The translations under genes were made by a program, and so were the position numbers. A stretch of 38,601 bases of DNA from a virus. The notes beneath the pieces are model-generated. The model made no database searches and was not told where the DNA came from. It saw only the letters and a list, made by a program, of their open reading frames with translations. The stretch lies in UHGV virus genome UHGV-0307961. The stretch is one strand, 5' to 3'. Numbering within the stretch: position 1 is the stretch's first letter; every line of letters starts with the position of its first letter. Shown piece after piece: positions 35,995-38,601 of this stretch.

Positions 35995-36369
35995 ATGGAT
36001 AAGCATTTCTGGCGCGGCTGCTTTGAGCGGGCTGTGAAAACGTTTGTGCAAACGTTTGTTGCTACGCTTGGGGTCGGTGCAGGTGTCGTGTACACGGTAG
36101 ATAGTGTTCGCGGCCTGCCGTGGTTGTCTGCGCTGATTACGGCTGGGGTTGCGGCTGTTTTGTCGGTTGCCACGTCGCTGGGCTCGCCGGGATTTGTGGC
36201 CGGTAATCACCCGAGGTTTCCGGACCTGGCAAGCGAGGACCCGGAACTCATCGCGACGGCCCTGGGTGTTCCTGCCGACGATCCCGGCATGATCGAGCCC
36301 GCCGACGACACCGCCTCGGCGGACGACGAGACCGGCTCTGTCGCTGTCGCACGTCATGCAGAGGTGTGA
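35995..36369 (+). CDS. Holin
   Basis: 124 aa with two TM segments (VKTFVQTFVATLGVGAGVVY and WLSALITAGVAAVLSVATSL) and an acidic C-terminal tail. It directly follows the endolysin. Confidence 0.55.
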   Translation: MDKHFWRGCFERAVKTFVQTFVATLGVGAGVVYTVDSVRGLPWLSALITAGVAAVLSVATSLGSPGFVAGNHPRFPDLASEDPELIATALGVPADDPGMIEPADDTASADDETGSVAVARHAEV

Positions 36370-36416
36370 TTACCGCCGAGCTGAAGCTCCCCGCCTGAGA
36401 CACAGACATATAAGCC

Positions 36417-36453
36417 GCCCCCGACCACACAAGGTGGTCGGGGGCTCTTTTTT
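36417..36453 (+). terminator. Rho-independent terminator closing the late operon
   Basis: 12-bp GC stem gcccccgaccac / gtggtcgggggc with loop acaag, followed by tcttttttg. Confidence 0.8.
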
Positions 36454-36454
36454 G

Positions 36455-37423
36455 CTATCTCCTCCACACTCGCACGGTGTCGGTGCCGACGAACGGTGCC
36501 CCCTCGGGGCCTCGGATGAATGGGGCGACCCACTGCAACCGCCTGAGACTGCGGGCCGGGCCGTAGGGCTGGTGTGTCCAGTGTCCTCGCACGACATGGC
36601 GGGTTGTCAGTCGCCTGCCAGTGGGGTCGGTGGTGGTGTGCACCTGCCTCATAGGACGCATGTCGACCACAGTCACCCGGTCACGGGGCCGAGTCTGCCC
36701 CGTCACCGGGCCTCCCCACCTGCCATCCATGGGGCGCGGCTCTGCCACGGTGGGGGTCGCCATGAGCACCCACGCCGCACTCAGCCAGGAGGCCACCCGC
36801 AGCATCGGGCGTGCCCGCTCCAGCGGTAGTCGACCCATGACCCCGCCCGGTTGCACCCGCCGCGCCTCCATGCCCTCAAAATCCATCCGGGCGGGAACGG
36901 CCATGGACTCGACCACGCTCAACGGCGAGTCGGTGCCATGCAGAGGGGCTGGCAGGCGAGATGTGCGCGTCATGAGCACCACTCGCACCGATGCCCCGAC
37001 GGTCGTCCACGCCAACGCGTCGACCGATATCGGCTCGGCGTGCTCTCTCGTCCCTCCCTCCGGTGTGCGCAGCCACAGGGGATGCCCCAGGCCGACTGGG
37101 GGGAGAGGCGTGGCCAGGCCGAGGCACCCGCGCGCCTCAGGCATGTCGATCGTGTCGAGGCTGGGCACGTCGGCGGCGGCATCAGTGGTAGCCGCCACCA
37201 TGTCAGCTGATACCCAGATGCGCTCACCGGAGGCCAGGATCCCCGCATAGTCGCGGCAGGCCACCGCCTCAGCCCCCAGCTCGTCGCGGGGGCCGATAGC
37301 CCCCATCGACTCGGCGCGCATCGCCAGACCGCCCAGCCGCCGTGACTCGTCGGTCAGCGCTGAGGCGGTAGCCCGGCAAATACCAGGCCACGCCAACGCA
37401 CCCCACCGTGGTTTGCGGCTCAT
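36455..37423 (-). CDS. Hypothetical protein (322 aa). A right-arm cargo gene on the lysogenic strand.
   Basis: Long minus-strand ORF coupled to the upstream minus-strand gene. No motif recognised. Confidence 0.45.
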   Translation of the reverse strand: MSRKPRWGALAWPGICRATASALTDESRRLGGLAMRAESMGAIGPRDELGAEAVACRDYAGILASGERIWVSADMVAATTDAAADVPSLDTIDMPEARGCLGLATPLPPVGLGHPLWLRTPEGGTREHAEPISVDALAWTTVGASVRVVLMTRTSRLPAPLHGTDSPLSVVESMAVPARMDFEGMEARRVQPGGVMGRLPLERARPMLRVASWLSAAWVLMATPTVAEPRPMDGRWGGPVTGQTRPRDRVTVVDMRPMRQVHTTTDPTGRRLTTRHVVRGHWTHQPYGPARSLRRLQWVAPFIRGPEGAPFVGTDTVRVWRR

Positions 37424-37426
37424 CGG

Positions 37427-37876
37427 TCAGTCCGTGGTGACTCTGACGCCGACGGACTCCCACTCCAGCGCAGTGAGCGCATGGCCATCAGCCCACCATG
37501 CAGCCACCGCATACTCGAGTGCCATGTCGGCGGCGGGAGACAGCGCTCCGAGCCTGTCGAGCAGGGCCGCTGTGGCCTCGTCGTCGGGCACATCACCCAG
37601 ACGGCGCGCATCGTAGACCGCGCCGAACATCGCACCGACCGAGGTCGACACACCGGGGCCGGCGGTAGTGCCCATCGTTGACCGGGCCAGAAGTTCCAGC
37701 TCCGCCAGACTCCAGCGCGTCCGCGCCAACTCAGCATCAAGCAGGTCCTTGAAGGTTCGCAGCTCCGAGACAGACGCCCGTCCCAGCGACCTCGCCTCAC
37801 CCCTCAGGGCCTCGCGGTGGGTGACCCACGCGGCTAGATCATCCTGGATCGCGGCGTGAATGGTCGTCCGAGCCAT
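37427..37876 (-). CDS. Hypothetical protein (149 aa)
   Basis: A GAAAGGAAC RBS (reverse complement of plus 37882-37890) precedes the ATG at 37876. A hairpin gccggggc-ttgta-gccccggc lies just upstream on the minus strand. Confidence 0.45.
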   Translation of the reverse strand: MARTTIHAAIQDDLAAWVTHREALRGEARSLGRASVSELRTFKDLLDAELARTRWSLAELELLARSTMGTTAGPGVSTSVGAMFGAVYDARRLGDVPDDEATAALLDRLGALSPAADMALEYAVAAWWADGHALTALEWESVGVRVTTD

Positions 37877-37967
37877 AACAGTGTTCCTTTCGGACCGGTT
37901 GGGTCGTCGTCTCCCCGGTCATAGTGGGGCCGGGGCTTGTAGCCCCGGCTCAGGGTTGATATTCGGG

Positions 37968-38282
37968 TCAGTTTCCGGCGAGGTAGGCGACAGCCTCAGC
38001 CACGGTGGACGCGTATCCCTCGCCGCCTACGTTCTGGTCGGACCCGTCGTCGATAACCTCGTACCGGCTCCACTGGAACCCGTCCATGGGGGTGTAGTTC
38101 TCGTCGCGGGCCTCCCCAACCAGCGTGTAGGTCTCCCGGTCGTCGTCCCAGACCTTGAGCAGGTCGGACAGATCGTAGGAGTCAGTCGCGAAGTCGACAT
38201 CAGCGCCACGATCAATCAGCGCCGCGTGCAGGTCAAACAGGTTCTCGTCGGTGGCGGTGTTGGTGTTGGTATTCTCGGTCAT
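37968..38282 (-). CDS. Acidic hypothetical protein (104 aa)
   Basis: GAAAGGA RBS (reverse complement of plus 38286-38292). Asp/Glu-rich. The ORF opens at 38384, but the RBS supports the ATG at 38282. Confidence 0.45.
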   Translation of the reverse strand: MTENTNTNTATDENLFDLHAALIDRGADVDFATDSYDLSDLLKVWDDDRETYTLVGEARDENYTPMDGFQWSRYEVIDDGSDQNVGGEGYASTVAEAVAYLAGN

Positions 38283-38497
38283 GTCAGAGGTCCTTTCTCT
38301 GTCCATACCCCCGGAGGCTGCCACCTCGCGGGGGTCTTTCTTGCTGACACCATTAATAATGGCACCCCATGACACCATGCGCAACCGAGTTATCAGAATC
38401 GCTCAACATGGATGAGCGATATAGTTGCGACTAGGAGTTTCATCGCGTTTCATCGGCTGCAACCATGATGGCCCCGTGCTGGCTCGAGGTACAGCCG

Positions 38498-38514
38498 CCG
38501 GTACAGTCTGGGTA
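38498..38514. repeat. attR core: right copy of the 17-bp direct repeat
   Basis: ccggtacagtctgggta is identical to 149-165. Confidence 0.8.
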
Positions 38515-38601
38515 CAGATCATCCCGACCCCCACATGCTCGACCCCTAGTCAGCGCCGTACCCGGTACGGACACATGGAGGCACTCAGGGGCACTCGATG
38601 C

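Noticed and set aside
38308-38343. Plus-strand hairpin plus T-tract considered as a terminator for a plus-strand gene
   Set aside because: No plus-strand gene lies upstream of it after the late-operon terminator at 36417-36453. It is more likely a 5'-UTR or regulatory element of the minus-strand cargo operon, or an insulator. It is kept only as an observation in the attR-proximal finding.

Overview
This 38.6-kb high-GC window (about 65-68% GC) is almost entirely one integrated temperate siphovirus-type prophage of an actinobacterium. It is bounded by a perfect 17-bp direct repeat, ccggtacagtctgggta, at 149-165 and 38498-38514. A tyrosine integrase reads into the left repeat, and a tRNA-Pro-like element lies in the left flank. 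Gene order, left to right, is as follows. Integrase and a SHOCT membrane protein, then an ImmA-like metallopeptidase plus XRE repressor (both minus strand). A divergent promoter/operator region follows, with a perfect 16-bp palindrome. Then, all plus strand: Cro-like HTH, Bro-N/KilA-C antirepressor, Xis-like HTH, a low-GC three-ORF island, YqaJ exonuclease plus RecT, two HNH endonucleases, SSB, RusA, and a translationally coupled operon at 9805-13893. Motif inspection suggests this operon is an array-less type IV (IV-B-like) CRISPR-Cas effector module: a Cas6-like RAMP (uncertain), a Zn-finger Csf1/Cas8-like protein, a small helical Cas11-like protein, a Cas7/Csf2-like RAMP, a Cas5/Csf3-like RAMP, a small wHTH protein and a CysH-like PAPS-reductase-family protein. 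Downstream are a replication initiator carrying internal iterons, small Zn-ribbon proteins, a putative TerS, TerL, portal, MuF-like protein, scaffold, major capsid, head-tail connectors, major tail protein and tail assembly chaperones. The chaperones appear to use a -1 frameshift at CCCTTTC. The late module ends with a 1540-aa tape measure protein, minor tail proteins, a collagen-like fibre, an amidase endolysin, a holin and an intrinsic terminator. Three minus-strand cargo genes sit at the right arm next to attR. No CRISPR array is present. Many long antisense or overlapping ORFs in the track are GC-rich artefacts. All functional calls rest on motif-level reading of the translations; nothing was searched against a database.
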